Origin: Camelus dromedarius
Lineage: Eukaryota
Direction: 5' to 3'
NCBI RefSeq assembly: GCF_036321535.1
Contig: NC_087472.1
Coordinates: 98,644,001-98,708,000, forward strand
Length of the DNA: 64,000 bases
The notes beneath the pieces are model-generated. The model had not been told where the DNA came from and searched no databases. It saw nothing but the letters and a program-made list of their open reading frames with translations. Below, in pieces: positions 1 through 14,045 of this stretch. A program made the translations under genes and the position numbers. How positions within the stretch are numbered: the first letter of the stretch is position 1; each line of letters starts with the position of its first letter.

Positions 1-261
1 GTTACTGTATCCAATACACTATGAATGATTATCATCCAAATACTGTGCTATAGGGACCCTTAAAGCAGAGAGAATTTCTTTTCCTCTTAGTAGAAGGGAA
101 GAAACTAATAGTCTGCTGTCCACATCTCAAATCTTTGGTCAAGTTTAATGGCTTTAAAAATTGCTTTAAAAATATACTTTTGAAGAAATATCATTGATAA
201 TACAGAACTATAAGGAAAATTACCCATGGACTATATTATTGTTCTTTTATCCCTGTGCCCT

Positions 262-430
262 AGATCAATGTATGAGAACCAGAATCACCTGGAAAACTAG
301 TAAACATGCAGATTCCTGGGCCTTCCCCAGAGTACATTTGGGGTTTATTCCAAGAATCTGTATTTCTAACAGGTTTCCATGTGATGATAACGCTGATGGT
401 CCATGAACCACACTGGACTAGCACTGCTCT
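262..430 (-). mobile_element. MER5A-like hAT-Charlie MITE
   Basis: Motifs agaatcacctgg, atgcagattcctgggcc, aatctgtatttctaaca, ggtccatgaaccacact resemble MER5A. Confidence 0.7.
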
Positions 431-432
431 AG

Positions 433-660
433 AACATGTCAGCAAACTATGGCCCAGGTCCAAATTCATCCTGCTGCCTATTTTTGTAAAACAAGTTTTA
501 TTGGCACAGAGCCATGCCCATTCATTTCATTTACACACTGTCTGAGGCTGCTTTTGCAATATAACAGCAGAGTTGAGTAGCTGGATCAAACACCATATAG
601 CCTGTTCCATAAAGCCTCCTTACTGTTTGCTCTTTCACAGAAAACGTTTGCTGATCCTTG
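433..660 (+). mobile_element. MER58A-like hAT-Charlie MITE
   Basis: gtcagcaaactatggccc...gttttattggcacagagccatgcccattc...gcagagttgagtag...gtttgctgatccttg follows the MER58A consensus end to end. Confidence 0.8.
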
Positions 661-1921
661 CCCTAAAATGCCACTCTTTTTCCTATTATCTAGTTGAGAT
701 CTTTGAAATTCAGAAATAAAATTTACTGATATCAATTACGAAGACATGTAGTGAGACTGTTAAGAGTATTTCAAAGCTCATAAAATGTTCACCATCTTTA
801 TCTACGTCTGTGACTAACAGCAATAAGTTGCTGACTTTCTTACTGCCTGATGAATCCTGATGAATGTCTGATGTATTCCACAATTACAAGTCACAAAGTT
901 ACTCTCATTTCTATAAGGAAAAAATTCTTAAAATCTACAGTTTCAGAGAAATGGTGCAAATAAAAATCTATACAGTACAACTAAAAATATACTGAAGCAT
1001 TTAAATCTGTATTAATAAAACTCCTTATTTGAGAAAATGCAGGCAATATAAGAAACTCTTAATTATCCCTGGTAATAAAGGGCAGGAGTAGAAGAATAAA
1101 TTAAATCATCAATTTCCCCAATAATCTTTCGTATCATTATATTTTATCCTCAGCTTTCCCTGTTTCTGTATCACTGGACAGGTTAACAAATAATGGCATC
1201 CTGAAAAAGTAGCAACAATAGCAATAGGTTGACATGAGTCTCACACAGAGTGGTGGCCATAGGCCTCAGACCTCTGGGATATGATTTACTATAAGATTTA
1301 AACAAACGTATGCAGGATATATATTATTCAATTAACTACTCTACCATTTCTCCGTACCTTATGCCAGGCTTGATTCAAACATTTATATTAGCTGCTGTAG
1401 CCCTGGAGGCATTTGATTTGGTAGTCCCAGGCTTAAATAATACTCGAAGTAAAAAAAAAAACACATCAGGTCATGTAAGTAGATCACTTACATGATTAAA
1501 GTGATAATTAAAGCTATTATGTATATTTGTCTGTATGTACACCTATATAAATGAAACTATAGTTGTATTAATAAGAAACTAATAGTGTCTTACAACCAAA
1601 GTCTCAGATTATTATCCAAATGGGGCAATTTAATTTTGTGAAAGGCAATGTAGTTTAGTCATCCCCACTAAAAGTGTGAGACTAACAGACTTACTTATTA
1701 TAATGATGTCTCTAGAGGCTCAGGTTACTTTTACATCTATCTGCTTAATAAAACCCTTCTTTACTGGGCTATATGAATACTTTTCCAGTGAATAATTTCA
1801 TATTTGGTTTCTTTAGAACCATCTGTCTTTGAATGAGAAAAATCCCCAAAACAGTATCTTATAAACTCTTGGTAAATGAGAGTACTTCTCATTGTTAGAA
1901 TATGAAATAGCTAATAAATTA

Positions 1922-2059
<138 letters not shown>

Positions 2060-2353
2060 TTATTAACAGGAACAACTTTTGAAAAGTCCCAAAATACAGC
2101 AGCCTAAAATAAGATTTTGAATAATATGAAATAAATTGTTCTGAAGTTTACATAGTAATAAACAATATTTGGGGCATATTTAAGAAAAAAATTGAGGGAA
2201 ATGTTAAGAAGAGAAACTCAAGAAGCAATGGTTACTTTCCATCAAATTTCTCTCTTTTTCTTTTTAGCTCTTAATATTTAAAAGTTCTTTGGTACTTTTT
2301 ACAAGGTCTCTTCACTACATCTAAAATAAAACAACAACAAAAAGAATACTTTA

Positions 2354-2464
2354 CAGGTTTTTATTTTAATTTAATTTTTTTTTTTAATGGAGGGACTGGA
2401 GATTGACCCCAGGACCTTGTGCATGCTAAACATGCACTCTATCACTAAGCTATGCCCTCCCCTC
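2354..2464 (-). mobile_element. tRNA-derived camelid-type SINE
   Basis: Reverse strand reads GGAGGGGAGGGCATAGCTTAGTG...GGTCCTGGGGTCAATC plus A-rich tail; 16-bp TSD caaaaagaatacttta at 2338-2353 and 2465-2480. Confidence 0.9.
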
Positions 2465-2567
2465 CAAAAAGAATACTTTAGACAAAGACAATATTTTAGT
2501 TTACTTCCAAATGAAGCTAGGATTTTGAGTACAGTATCTTTTTGAAATAGTCACAATTAAGAGCTAA

Positions 2568-2770
2568 TAATAATGACAGCTAACATTACGTGCTAGTTAC
2601 TGTTCTAAATGCTTTACATGCACCAACTAATTTTCACAACTCTTACAAGATAGGCATTATTATTATTTCCATTTTACACATGAGAAACTTGAGGTACAGA
2701 AAGGTTAAGTGGAAAGTATTAAATGGTGGACCTCATATTCAAATCCAGGATTTCTGACTCTAGAGCCCAT
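2568..2770 (-). mobile_element. MIR SINE
   Basis: Core tattatttccattttacacatgagaaacttgaggtacagaaaggttaagt. Confidence 0.75.
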
Positions 2771-3319
2771 CCCCGCAGAGAGTTAAACACTAATATTTCG
2801 CCTCTAGGTTTTCACTTGTATTAAACCAATTATTTATGTCACTTCACATCCTTTTACAAACAACTTGTTATATAAATAATATATATTGGTATAAAGTTTA
2901 TATTTTCAAGAATGTTACAGATAGCAGCAGTCTTCCTGGGCAAGTCAATGAGCAAATGAATTCACAGTGGCTTTCCATTACTCCTTATCCTCTTTCTTGT
3001 ATGTGAATGACAATCAGGTTTTTGTAGGGCCAAAGCTTACATGATTTTGGAGGCCTAATTTAAAGAAAACAAAATCACAAATAGAAGGCATGATGGTAAA
3101 AATTTACCAGATTACTGAAACTTTAGTGCTTTAGATTTCTCTACTGATAACTCTTTAGGCAATTTACTCAAAATGATTATATAAAACTGCTTCCTGCTTA
3201 TAAACTGAATTTATCTCTTCTAGAAAACTCTAAAACTCAAACACCTCTCATTCTCACAGGGGTCCAAAAGACAAGAGGCTCTTTATTGGTTACATTTTTT
3301 TTAAACCACATTTTTCACT

Positions 3320-6300
3320 TATGTATTTTGGCCATTCTAGTAGTTATGTATTTAATCTGCATTTCCCCAAAGTATTTTTTCTATTTATATATTATCTACA
3401 TCGAAGTTATCTCTATTTCCCTAATAATTTTCTAACTGGTGATGCTGTTCGTCTTTATGTACATATTTGCTAACCACATATACTCTATAGTGAAATGTCT
3501 GCTCAAGTCCTTTGCCCATTCTTTACTTAGATTTTTGGTATTTCTACTATTGAGTTTAGAGAGTTCTTAATAGTTTCTGTATACAAGTCCTTTGTTGAAT
3601 AGGTAACATGTAAAATTTCTTCCCAGTCTATGGCTTGTCCTTCCATCCTTTTAACAGAATCCTTAGCAGGTCAAATTTTTTTTATTTTAATGAGGTCGAA
3701 GTATTGATAGTTAGTTTTCTGGGTTATTCGTTTAGTGTTGTATCTAAGAAATCTTCACCTGACTCGCCCATGTCTTCTTCTAAAGGCTTTATAATTTTTT
3801 TCCATTTAGATCTATGATCCATTTTTAAGTCAATCTTTGTGTAAGGTGTAAGGTTTAGGCTGAGGTTCACTTTTTTCTCTGTGCCTATCCAAGTGTTCAA
3901 ACACCATTTGTTGAAAAACTATCCATTCTCCAGTGAATTGCTTTTGCTCTTTAGTCAAAAATCATCTAACCATACGTATAAAGATATAGCTCTGGACTCT
4001 CTGTGTCTATCCTACCACCAATACCAGTTTTGATCACTGAAGTTATAGAATATTTAAAATAGTACTAAAAAACTTCAAAATTGATGAAGTATTCTGGTCC
4101 CTTTGCTTTTTAATACAAATTTTAGAATCATATTGTCTGTTGCTATAAAAAATTCCTGCTGTAATTTTAATGTGAATTTCATTAAACCTACAGGAAGATT
4201 TGAGAATTGACATTTTAGTTGAGTCTTCTAATCCATGAACCACAATATGTCTCTCTGTTTATTTAGATCTTGTTTGATTTCATACATCAATGTTTTACAG
4301 TTTTCACATACAGATCCTGTAGACATTTTGCTAAATTTATATATAGGCAAATCATTAATTCTACAGCAACTGTAAATTGTACCAATGTTTTTACTTTTAG
4401 TTTCCAACTATTCATTGCTGGTATATAAGAAGATGATTAATTATTCTGCGTGGACTTCATATATTACAACCTTGCTTAATTCACTTACTAGTTCAAATGG
4501 ATGTTTTCTAGATATCTTGGAATATTTACACAATGACACATTATCTGCAAATAAGAAAAGCTTTATTTCTTCCTTTCTAATCTCTATGTCTTTTATTTCC
4601 TTTTCTTGCCTACTATACTGGATATGACTTTTAACACATTATTAAACAGGAGGGATGAAAAGGGAGAGCCTTACCTCATTCCCAATCTTAGGAGGAAGGC
4701 ATTCAGTCTTTCACAATAAAATACAAGGTCAGCTGTTGCTTTTTATATATGCCTTATACCAAGTTGACACAGTACCATCACTCTATTCCTACTTTGCTGA
4801 GAATTTTTCTCATGAATGGGTACAAGATTCTACCAAAAGCTTTTTTTACATTAACTGATAAATTCATATAATTTTTATTCCATAGCACATTAACATGGTA
4901 GATTACACTGATTTATTTTCAAGTAGTGAAGCAGCCTTGCATACGTGGAATAAATCTCATTTAGTCAAGGTGTAAAATTCTATTTATATATGGTTGGATT
5001 TGGATCGCCAATATTTTGTGGAGGATATTAACATATAAGTTTGAGAAATATTGGTCTTTTTTTTTTTGTACCGTCTCTGTTGGGTATTGGGATCAGGATA
5101 ATGATTGTGTCATAAAATGAGATGGAAAGGATAATGTCCATGTCTACTTTCTGGAAAAGATTGTGTAGAATTAGTGTCATTTTTTCTTTAAACATACAGA
5201 ATTCACCAGTGAAATCATCTAGGCCTGGACCTTTTTCTCCTTACCTTAAAGAGTTTCTAAGTACAATTCAATTTCTTTCATAGTTACAGGGTTATTCAGA
5301 GAATCTATTTCATCCTGGGTAAGTTTCAGTAGTTTGTGTTTTTGAAGGAATTGATTCATTTCATCTAAGCTGTCAAATGCATGTATAAAGAGTTATTTGT
5401 AGTATTCCTTTATTATTCTTTTAATTTTGATTGACTTCTCAACATACTGTTTCCGTTTTCAGTTTCATTGATTTCTGCTCTTTTATCATTGTTATTATTA
5501 TTTGCTCCCTTCTGCTTGCTTTGGGCTTATTTTACTCTTATTGTCTGCTTTTCTTTTTCTTTAATTTTATTTTTTAAAGAATATTTAAGGTAAGATCTAC
5601 CCTCTTAACAAAATTTTAACTGTAAAATACTATTGTTAACTATAGGTACAATGTTCTACAGCAGATCTCTAGAACTTTTCATCTTATTAAGTGAAATTTT
5701 ATGCTCATGATTTTTGATTAGCAATTATTTTTCTATTTTCTTGGGATGGGAGATTAGATATCTGATTTGCGATCTTTCATTCAGTGCTATAAATTTCCCT
5801 TTCAGCACTGCTTTAGCTGTGTGCCACAAAAAATATGACTTGTTCTAATTTTCATTCTGTTCAATATTTCTATTTATTTCCCTTGAGATTTCCTCTTTTA
5901 TCCACAGATTACTTAGAAGTGTGTTGTCTGATCTCTAGTTTGACTCCATTACAGTTAAAGAACACATTCTAACTGATTTAAATTATTTTAAATGTGTTGA
6001 AGTTTGCTTTATGATGCAGATATGGTATACCTTCATGAATGTTCCATGGGCATTTGAGAAGAATCTGTATTCTATTGTTGTTTGATGAAATGCTCTAAAA
6101 ATGACAGCTATATCTTGTTATTTGGTGGTGGTGTTCACCTCTTCTAATCCTTACTGACTTTCTGTTCTGAGAGTGGAGATGAAGTATCCAACTGTAATTG
6201 TGGGTTTATCTATTTCTTCTTTTAGTGATGTTACTTTTTGCTTCACATACTTTGAAATGCTGTTGTTTGGTATACACATCTTAGCAATTTCTGCTTCTTT

Positions 6301-6340
6301 TTTGAATTGTCTATTTATATGCTCATCGACTGCATTTTGG
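3320..6340 (-). mobile_element. Old, degraded LINE-1 (L1M) ORF2 to 3' region
   Basis: About 3 kb T-rich tract with L1 antisense motifs (tttgcccattct, caccatttgttgaaaa, gtcttctaatccatgaac, cagccttgcata, ttcagcactgctttagctg); short ORFs here are L1 ORF2 remnants. Confidence 0.85.
5560..5725 (-). mobile_element. L1MA-type 3' end nested in the older L1
   Basis: agatctaccctcttaacaaaatttt...tattgttaactataggtacaatgttctacagcagatctctagaact. Confidence 0.65.
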
Positions 6341-6959
6341 GTTTCTTTGTTCTTAATTTAAAAGTAACATTCACACATTAACCCTCTGCTTCTCATAACC
6401 ATTTGTTGCAAGTATTTTTCCCAGATTGTCATCTGTCTTAGTCATGTTTTTCAATTTTATGTAGTCCAACAGTGTATTTCTTTGCATTTTATTCCATATT
6501 TTAAAAGACTTAATAAGTCTACATTTAGAAATCATTTTTTGTCTATATTTTCTCCAGTTTTCTTATGGATTTACATTTTCCACTTAGTAAATGATATACC
6601 TAAAATTATTTTAGTGAACAGGTAGTGTTCTATCATTATTTATTTCCCAAAGGCTTAACCAAGTGCCCCAATTCTATTAAATGATCCTTTCTTTTTCCAG
6701 TGGTTTTAATATATTGTTTTCCAAATGATTTTATATACCACAGTCTATTATGAGCTGTATTTCACTACCATTTATTCCAATTCCAAAACAGTGTATTTTT
6801 CAATGCAATTTACCAAAACAGTAGACACTAAGAATTCAAATAGTTAATTAGAAGAAAATATATGTGATTAATTAATCTATTTTCTCAGTTAAAAAAATAG
6901 AATTAACCTTTTTAACTGTAAGCAGGAATCCACTTAAAAAAATTTATCCTGTTGCAAGG

Positions 6960-7082
6960 TTTCTAAAACATGACTGTAGGGGTCATTGCATAGCTGTATC
7001 TAAATTTACTAAAACTCATTAAACTTAAAATGGATAAATTCTATAGAATGTAAATTAAGTCTCAATAAAACTATTTTTAAAA
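6960..7082 (+). mobile_element. Old L1 3' end fragment
   Basis: aaaactcatt...cttaaaatggataaattcta...tgtaaattaagtctcaataaaa. Confidence 0.55.
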
Positions 7083-9494
7083 GATGTATAATATAAGAAC
7101 TTCTAGGAAAAAATCATTAAAAAAAAACCTACCCCAATACCATTTTTTTGCTGCATTGAAGCATAAAAATTGGCATTTTAATTAAAAATTGAAAAATGCT
7201 TCCGGCATGATTAGAAAGAGCTTGGATTCCTAGTTATGCAAAGGTCAAAGTCTGTTAATAAAATCTAAAAACTTCATTCAAAAGTGAAGAGATGAAGTAC
7301 AGCATGATTTTTCCCATAAAATCTTTAAAAAAGACTCTCATTTAATCTTCAAAATGTACCAAAAGAAAAATCTATTTGATGACCAAATGCCTGTAGCAAA
7401 CAATTCTAAGGCATGTTTCCCACTTCCCTGACCACTTGTATTTCAAGTAGGACAAGCTTCTCACTTAAGATTAAATGTCAAGAAAACTGGAAAAAAAAAA
7501 AAATCTAAACATATACCAAGGAAAGCACTGATTTTTATCTTGCAGTGAATTCCCCTAAAGTTTTCATTTTAAGGGCAAATCACATAAATTATACTAAGAA
7601 CCATTCTTAGCCAACAGATATTAATGTTTGGTATAATGATTTTGGCTATACATACACATAAATAAAAGACTGATAGGTTCCAATCTTTGTGAGTTACCAA
7701 AGACGAACACGCAATCATGACTTAATGATCATCTATGAGCTAAAGAGACAGATATTTGCAAAATAGTTGAACATGATCAGCTCGAAAACAAAATGAAATT
7801 GAGAGGAATGTGTTCCTAAATCTAAAGAAACCCCAAGCTAGAGCTCAGAGTACTTTAAAAAACAAAACAAAACAAAACAAAAAACACATGGCTGGCTCTA
7901 AGTAAAAGAAATTAAATTAACGGCAGGAAAGCTTTTTGGTGCCAGAAACTTAAAAAAAAAAAAAGATAAAATCCTTTGCTTATTAACAAATGGCCATTAC
8001 AGGAACTACCCTATTAGATCTTAAAAGTTAGGCAACTGTCCTCGTAAAATCATAATATGGATAATATACAATGTTTATACTTCTTTCTAGTGAAAATGTT
8101 TATGGCCATATAAGAAATTATTCATTGCACATTCTTTTCAAACAAAAGCATCACATTTATGGAAAGGTTACTAATGGTTCAGAAATTCCAAACAAATTAG
8201 AAGCTAATAAGAAAAACAAAGAAGTTAATTAGGAAATCCGGAAGGCCTTACTATTTCTCAGGTTGGTACTGCTGAGCCTGAGGGGCAGTCTATGAATAGT
8301 GGCCTTGCTAACATCACTGCTCACTTCTGGAACAAGAGGTGCCAAGTGGGGAGCAGTGAGCACATGAGAGGAAATAAGACCTAAAGACAATGAGACACAG
8401 GATCTGGTAGTGTCTGAGGTAGTTTTCTTTTGTCTCTGTAATTGTTTTCCTGGTATAGAAATAATTTGTGTCCTACAGTTTCATAGGTTGGAAGAAGAAA
8501 TTAATTCAACCACTTTCTTAGATAAGGCAAAAATATCAAAGAATGTATTTTTTTTCCTTAGCATCGTCTTAGGCCTTAAACAAAGGTTTTCAGTGATATA
8601 AAAAGATATCTCATTGATCCCTTCAAAACAGAATGGTCTTAAAATGTATTTCAGAAACAATTAGAAATAGGTATTAATGCTAAAAATGAGAGGAAAGAAT
8701 AAATTTTCACTATATATAGCAAAATAAACTTTCTCTATAAATAATACTTTTGTGCATTTTAAATGATCTTACTGTACAACATGATACATACAGTGATCTG
8801 TAAACCTTCAAGTACAGACTGATTTGGCAAAGCCATATAAAATTGCAAGAAAGATGTGGTGTGAAAAACAGCAGGATGTAGGTTAAAAATAGATAAGCAA
8901 ACCATAACTTGAAAATAAACAGTAAAGCTACCAAGTGTGATTCATCTCTGAGTCTTCTCCTCTGGGAAAGTCTTGTTTCATTCAAGACAGTATTTAAAAT
9001 GGGAGGAAAAAAGGATTTTGTTAGCCTTAGATTTTATTTTATGCAAGAAATGTAAGGAGCTGGTTTTTGAAAATAAATGTTATCTAAATGGAAGCTCCAT
9101 GAAACTGCAGCTTTTGTGATTTGTAAACATTTCCCCTAACACCCTAATGCTAATGCACTAAACATTCAAAAAGTTTTCAATGATATTAAAAAATCTCATT
9201 GATGTCTTCAAAGTAAAATATGAAATAAATTTCCTATAAATAAAATTGTATATAGCAATTTGAAGTATCAAGGCCAGAAAGAGAAAGTGGAATCCTTGTT
9301 TAGCATTTTAAGAGAAACACCAAAGTACAAATAAATGTTTATATATGCCACATTCTGAAGAATCACCTCCTCAAAATTCTTTAGAATTAGACAGCATTCA
9401 ACAAAGATGTAGCATGACAAAGGAACATGATAAAAAAGAAACAAGGGCTTTGTTATCACAACAAAAATAGATTCAAATTATAGTTTTCATAGTA

Positions 9495-9610
9495 GTGAAT
9501 AGCTTCAGACAAATTACTTAATGTCTCATATGTAAAATGAGGATAATGATACCTGCTCTGTGAGAATTCAGTGAGTTGATACATGTAGAGCATCTAGTTC
9601 AGTATGGAAC
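9495..9610 (+). mobile_element. MIR fragment
   Basis: gacaaattacttaa...ctcatatgtaaaatgaggataatgatacct. Confidence 0.6.
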
Positions 9611-11137
9611 TAAATTGAAGAATTTTGCCTATTTCTTTCTCTTTCTCCCACTTTGACATAAAAATTGCAATAAACTCATCATATTGCTGTGCATGCAAGT
9701 TCTCCCCAAAATGGAATAAAAAATTTAATGCAAAAAAATTTGTCACTGTTTTTTAAAAATTAAGCCAGTTGTTTAGCATCAAAATAACCATACTTAACTG
9801 ACAGATTTTTTCTTTCTTCAACTAAAAAATTATATTGTATTGTATACTAAAGGAATACACTAAGGTAAAAGATCCAATGCTTGGCAATATTTGATTGCAG
9901 TGGCCATTTTAAACCTTCTAAATTAAAGTAAATCTACCATAACAAATCAAAACATTAAAAAATTTTGGTAAACATTTCTATGGAACTTTATACAATTAAG
10001 TACTTAAGTTCTAAGTTCTTCAAAAGCAAACAAAAATTTAAAAGACAAGATATATTCTTATGTTATATAAAGAAAGCATAAAAACAGATTAGTTTTGCTC
10101 TAGAACTTCATATTAACTAAATTTAATTAGAGAGGAAGTAGGGAGTTAAATCATGATTCTACAAGTCACTTGTTAGTGTTTATCCTTTGAAATTATGTAA
10201 AGGGAAAATAAGATGAATCTATTCCTCATATGGCTTTGGAGAACAAGGTCAATGTTAGTGCATAGAAGAGAACTTCAAATTCTGTAGGTCTTACATGCTT
10301 ATTCTAACACGAAAATAAAAATAGGGGTTAAGGTTCAAGGTTACCTAGGGCTAGAGACAGAGCTGAAACTCAACTCTTTTTCAGCCCTCTGCTCTTTTAT
10401 ACTATTTCACGATGCATTTTGGCAGGGATTCACAACAGCAGTCATGGAGAACACTGCTCTTTTGGCTTTTCTAGCATTGATTAATATGTTTTGTTTCCTG
10501 TGTAGTTTGTTGGACACACTGAAACAAGAGGGCATGTGGAGTGTTGTCTTGTGCTCTTGCTGCTACCTAGAAAACATTTTTTCTTTGAAAGGAATAAAAT
10601 ATAACTTAAATACACATCCACTAACAATCTCTAATAAAAGTCTGGGTTACTTGTCAGGAAAACAAACAGCCTAAACATTTCACCTGGCATAGCTGTAGAT
10701 AAAATCCTATTACATTTAAATTGATTTTGGAACCTTCTGAAATTTATATTAGCCAAGGAGCAGTTAAGATATTCATACAATACATGGCAGAGGAAGAAGC
10801 AAAGTCAAGTTCCCCAAAATAGAAGTAGCACTCATCATTTACCTTTCTTCTTTTCCAACACCTCTAAAAGATTAAGAATCTATGAAAAGTGGAAGTTAAC
10901 TTTATACAAAACTATCCTGAAATACAAATCCTGAAAAGTCACAGAAAAATTTCTTCAAAGAGTTCACTTACCTTACAACCAACCCATGCATTCCAGTTTT
11001 CATGAATTCTAAGTAAAAACACTGAACTGTTACTAGTGAGATCACATATATCCTATTTTTTCACAAACTTTGTCTTACCCTACCTAATCTCTCAGCATTT
11101 GATCATCTCCTTTTTTTCCCTAAAACTCTTTACTCCC

Positions 11138-11345
11138 ATCTTAAATGCTCTCACCACACACCCAAAAGGGTAATTACGTGAGGTGAAAGATGTATCAACT
11201 AATCTTATTGTGGGAATCATTTTGCAATGTGTATTGAAATCACCATGTTGTATACCTTAAACTTATGCAATGTTATATGTCACTTCTATCTTAATAAAGT
11301 TGGGAAAAAATAAAACAATACTCAAATCTCAAAAAAAAAAAAAAA
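11138..11345 (+). mobile_element. L1MA-type 3' end with A-rich tail
   Basis: cttaaatgctctcaccacac...ggtaattacgtgaggtga...tgttgtataccttaaactta...aataaagttgggaaaaaa. Confidence 0.75.
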
Positions 11346-11567
11346 CCAAAAAAACCAAACCAACAGCCCACCCTCACACACAAATACACAAACAAAACAA
11401 CAATAAAAACCTCTTTACTCTCTTTGCTTCCATGACACCACTCTTAACTAATCCAACCCTACTGAGTCTCTGAATAGGCCTTCTTATTTTTTCAATAAGC
11501 TGAACTTCTAATCAACCTTCAGTTGGTGGTGGTCTGCAGAGGTCACTCCTTATTCCAGTTCTCCTCA

Positions 11568-11790
11568 TCATTCACTCAAAACAAATTTATTGAGTACCCA
11601 CTATAGGCCAGGAACTCTTCTACATAATTGTGATAGCAGTGAACCAAGAAGATGAAAATCCCTGCTCACTTGAAGCATACATCACATACAGAGTAGTCAG
11701 ACAGAAACAATAATAATACATAAGTACATTATATAGTGTTAGAAGGGTTTAAGGGTCATGGGAAACAAATAAAGCAGGTTAAGAGGAATC
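11568..11790 (-). mobile_element. L2 3' end
   Basis: cattcactcaaaacaaatttattgagtacccactataggccagg...aaaatccctgctcacttgaagc. Confidence 0.7.
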
Positions 11791-12299
11791 CATTATAAAG
11801 ATCTCCTTAGACCTCCACATTAATATGTGCAAGACTATTCCCAAATCTCTACTGACCATATGCCTTTTCTAAGCAGCAATATTGTGAAGACCTTTTCACA
11901 GTCTATCATGGCCAACACTCAATACTTGTCTTCCACCATAACCTGTTCCTCCTATTTTGATAATGGCATAACCATCCACTAGGTCAGCCAAGTCAGAGAC
12001 TTCTTATTCATCCCAGATGTCTCTGGTTTCCTTAATCTCTACCTCTATCTCTAACATTCATCTATCCTCACTGCTGCTTCTCTAAATAAAGATCTCAGTA
12101 AATAGCAATGGAGAGAAACAACTCTGTAGTCAGATTCCTGGAATGAATCCTGGCTCCATCACTTACATCTTATTTGGTTTTGAACTGAACTTGTTACTTT
12201 TCCTATTGTAAAATGAAGACAACCCTCCTAGGGTTGTTTTGATTAAATGAGTATGGCTGGCAGCATCTGAATCACCAACAGTAGCAGCAGCAGGATTCC

Positions 12300-12585
12300 A
12301 GTGGCACCACTCCACAGTGGCAGGTTCAATATCCATGGGTTCAACCGACCTCCAATTGAAAATATTTGGAAAAAAATTCCAGAGAGTTCAAAAAAGTAAA
12401 ATTTGAATTTGCTGCCTATTGGCAATTATTTACATAGTATTTACAATGAATTAGGTATTATAAATAATCTACAGATGACTTAAAGTATAAAGGAGGATGT
12501 GAATAGGTTATATGCAAATACCATTTCATTCTATATAAAAGATTGTGGTATCTGAGGTGGTCCTGGTGGATACTAAGGGACAAAT
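12300..12585 (-). mobile_element. MER2-like TcMar-Tigger element
   Basis: ttcaaccgacc...aaaatatttggaaaaaaattcc...attaggtattataaataatcta...ggaggatgtgaataggttatatgcaaatac...ggatactaagggacaa. Confidence 0.8.
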
Positions 12586-13340
12586 ATTCCTAAAATAACC
12601 TCTTAACTGGTTTCCCTTCTTCCAGCCTTATTCTTCGGTAATCTTTCCCAACACTACAGCCCAACTATTCTTCAAAATTCAAAGGTTTGAACACAACAAT
12701 AACTTTAAACAGCTCCCCACTGCCTTCAGCATAAATGCCTTAGCATGGCAAAGAATTCTTTTTCTCCTTCTTTCTTTCTTTTAAAACAAGCTGTTAACGT
12801 ACAATCATTATAGGCAAGCCAGCCTGGAGCTGAACTTCCCTGCAGAAAAACCTTCAAAATATAAACTTCAGTTTCTTTTTTCAATTTAAAGTCTCAGAAG
12901 AAGACTTTAAAGTTATCACAAAGTTGTCTTTTTTTTTTTCCCTTCCAAGTATACATTTCATTTTTATGGTCAAAATGTTAAGTGGCCTTTGATTTAATTA
13001 TCACCATGGTATGACAAAGCATAAAATAAGCATTGTGAGAAACTTTGCAGCAGTGGAAGCCAAACACATGATTTAAATTATTCCTTCAGGCTTTTTGTCA
13101 CATTTTCTCTTCAAAACACCATTGATTGACTTCATGGACTGCTATGAACGCGTAGATGCACTCATGTACGTTTGTAAATGAATTGGCATTTACTAAGAGC
13201 ATCTTACTAGATGATAAAAATAATGTCACCATAAAAATTATAATACAATAAAATCTAAGAAACTATTATATAGTGTTCTAGAAGCCATTATGTGTTTTTA
13301 TAAACAGCCATATCTGCCATTAAGAAGTAAAAATATTCTC

Positions 13341-13468
13341 GGGGGGAGGGTATAGCTCAAGTGGTAAAGCACATACTTACCATGCATGAGGTCCTGGGTT
13401 CAATCCCCAGTACCTCCTCTAAAAATAAATAAATAAACCTAATTACCTACCCCCTCAACAAAAAATAA
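13341..13468 (+). mobile_element. tRNA-derived camelid-type SINE
   Basis: GGGGGGAGGGTATAGCTCAAGTGG (A box)...GGTTCAATCCC (B box); 19-bp TSD aagaagt(a/t)aaaatattctc at 13322-13340 and 13469-13487. Confidence 0.92.
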
Positions 13469-14045
13469 AAGAAGTTAAAATATTCTCTAATCATTCTATT
13501 TATTTATTTAACAAGTACTAGGATAAAAGCAAATTAATGAAATTTGACAAATATAAATATCAGGGCTGAGCAAATTTATAATTACAGGACAGCTGATAGG
13601 TATTAGAAGATATAACTAAAATGAAATATGTTTTCTTTAAGTTTTCTGATTACTGAGAAGCCTCCTGAAACAAGTGTATTATATTACTTAAGGATAAGCC
13701 ATATTTTAAGTATATTTACTTACTGACCATTATATAACTTGTAGAATTTATAAATTTAAACTGCAATTACTTTATATAATTCATAAATGTGGTTTAGACA
13801 ATTATGAGAATTTTAATGATGTCATAATATAAAAGAAACAGGTTGTTCACCAATGAATTACCAAAAAGCTAATAATATACAGCTTACTGTTCAGATCTGG
13901 ATTTAGTATTATCATGTTATATGTTATTACTAATTTGTATAAAATTAGACAATATAGAATTAAGTAAAATTACCTTAAATTTACCTCAGACATATAAATA
14001 CTTTATTTTTAATATAAGGTCTCATACTTTTAAAAAGTCAAAATA

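Noticed and set aside
10972..11008. 37-nt exon-like segment with donor AAG|gtaagt
   Set aside because: Short pyrimidine tract, frame-shifting length, and no compositional support.
13341..13410. tRNA gene (also 2390-2464 and 60575-60650)
   Set aside because: A and B boxes are present, but A-rich tails, TSDs and the lack of a full cloverleaf identify SINEs.
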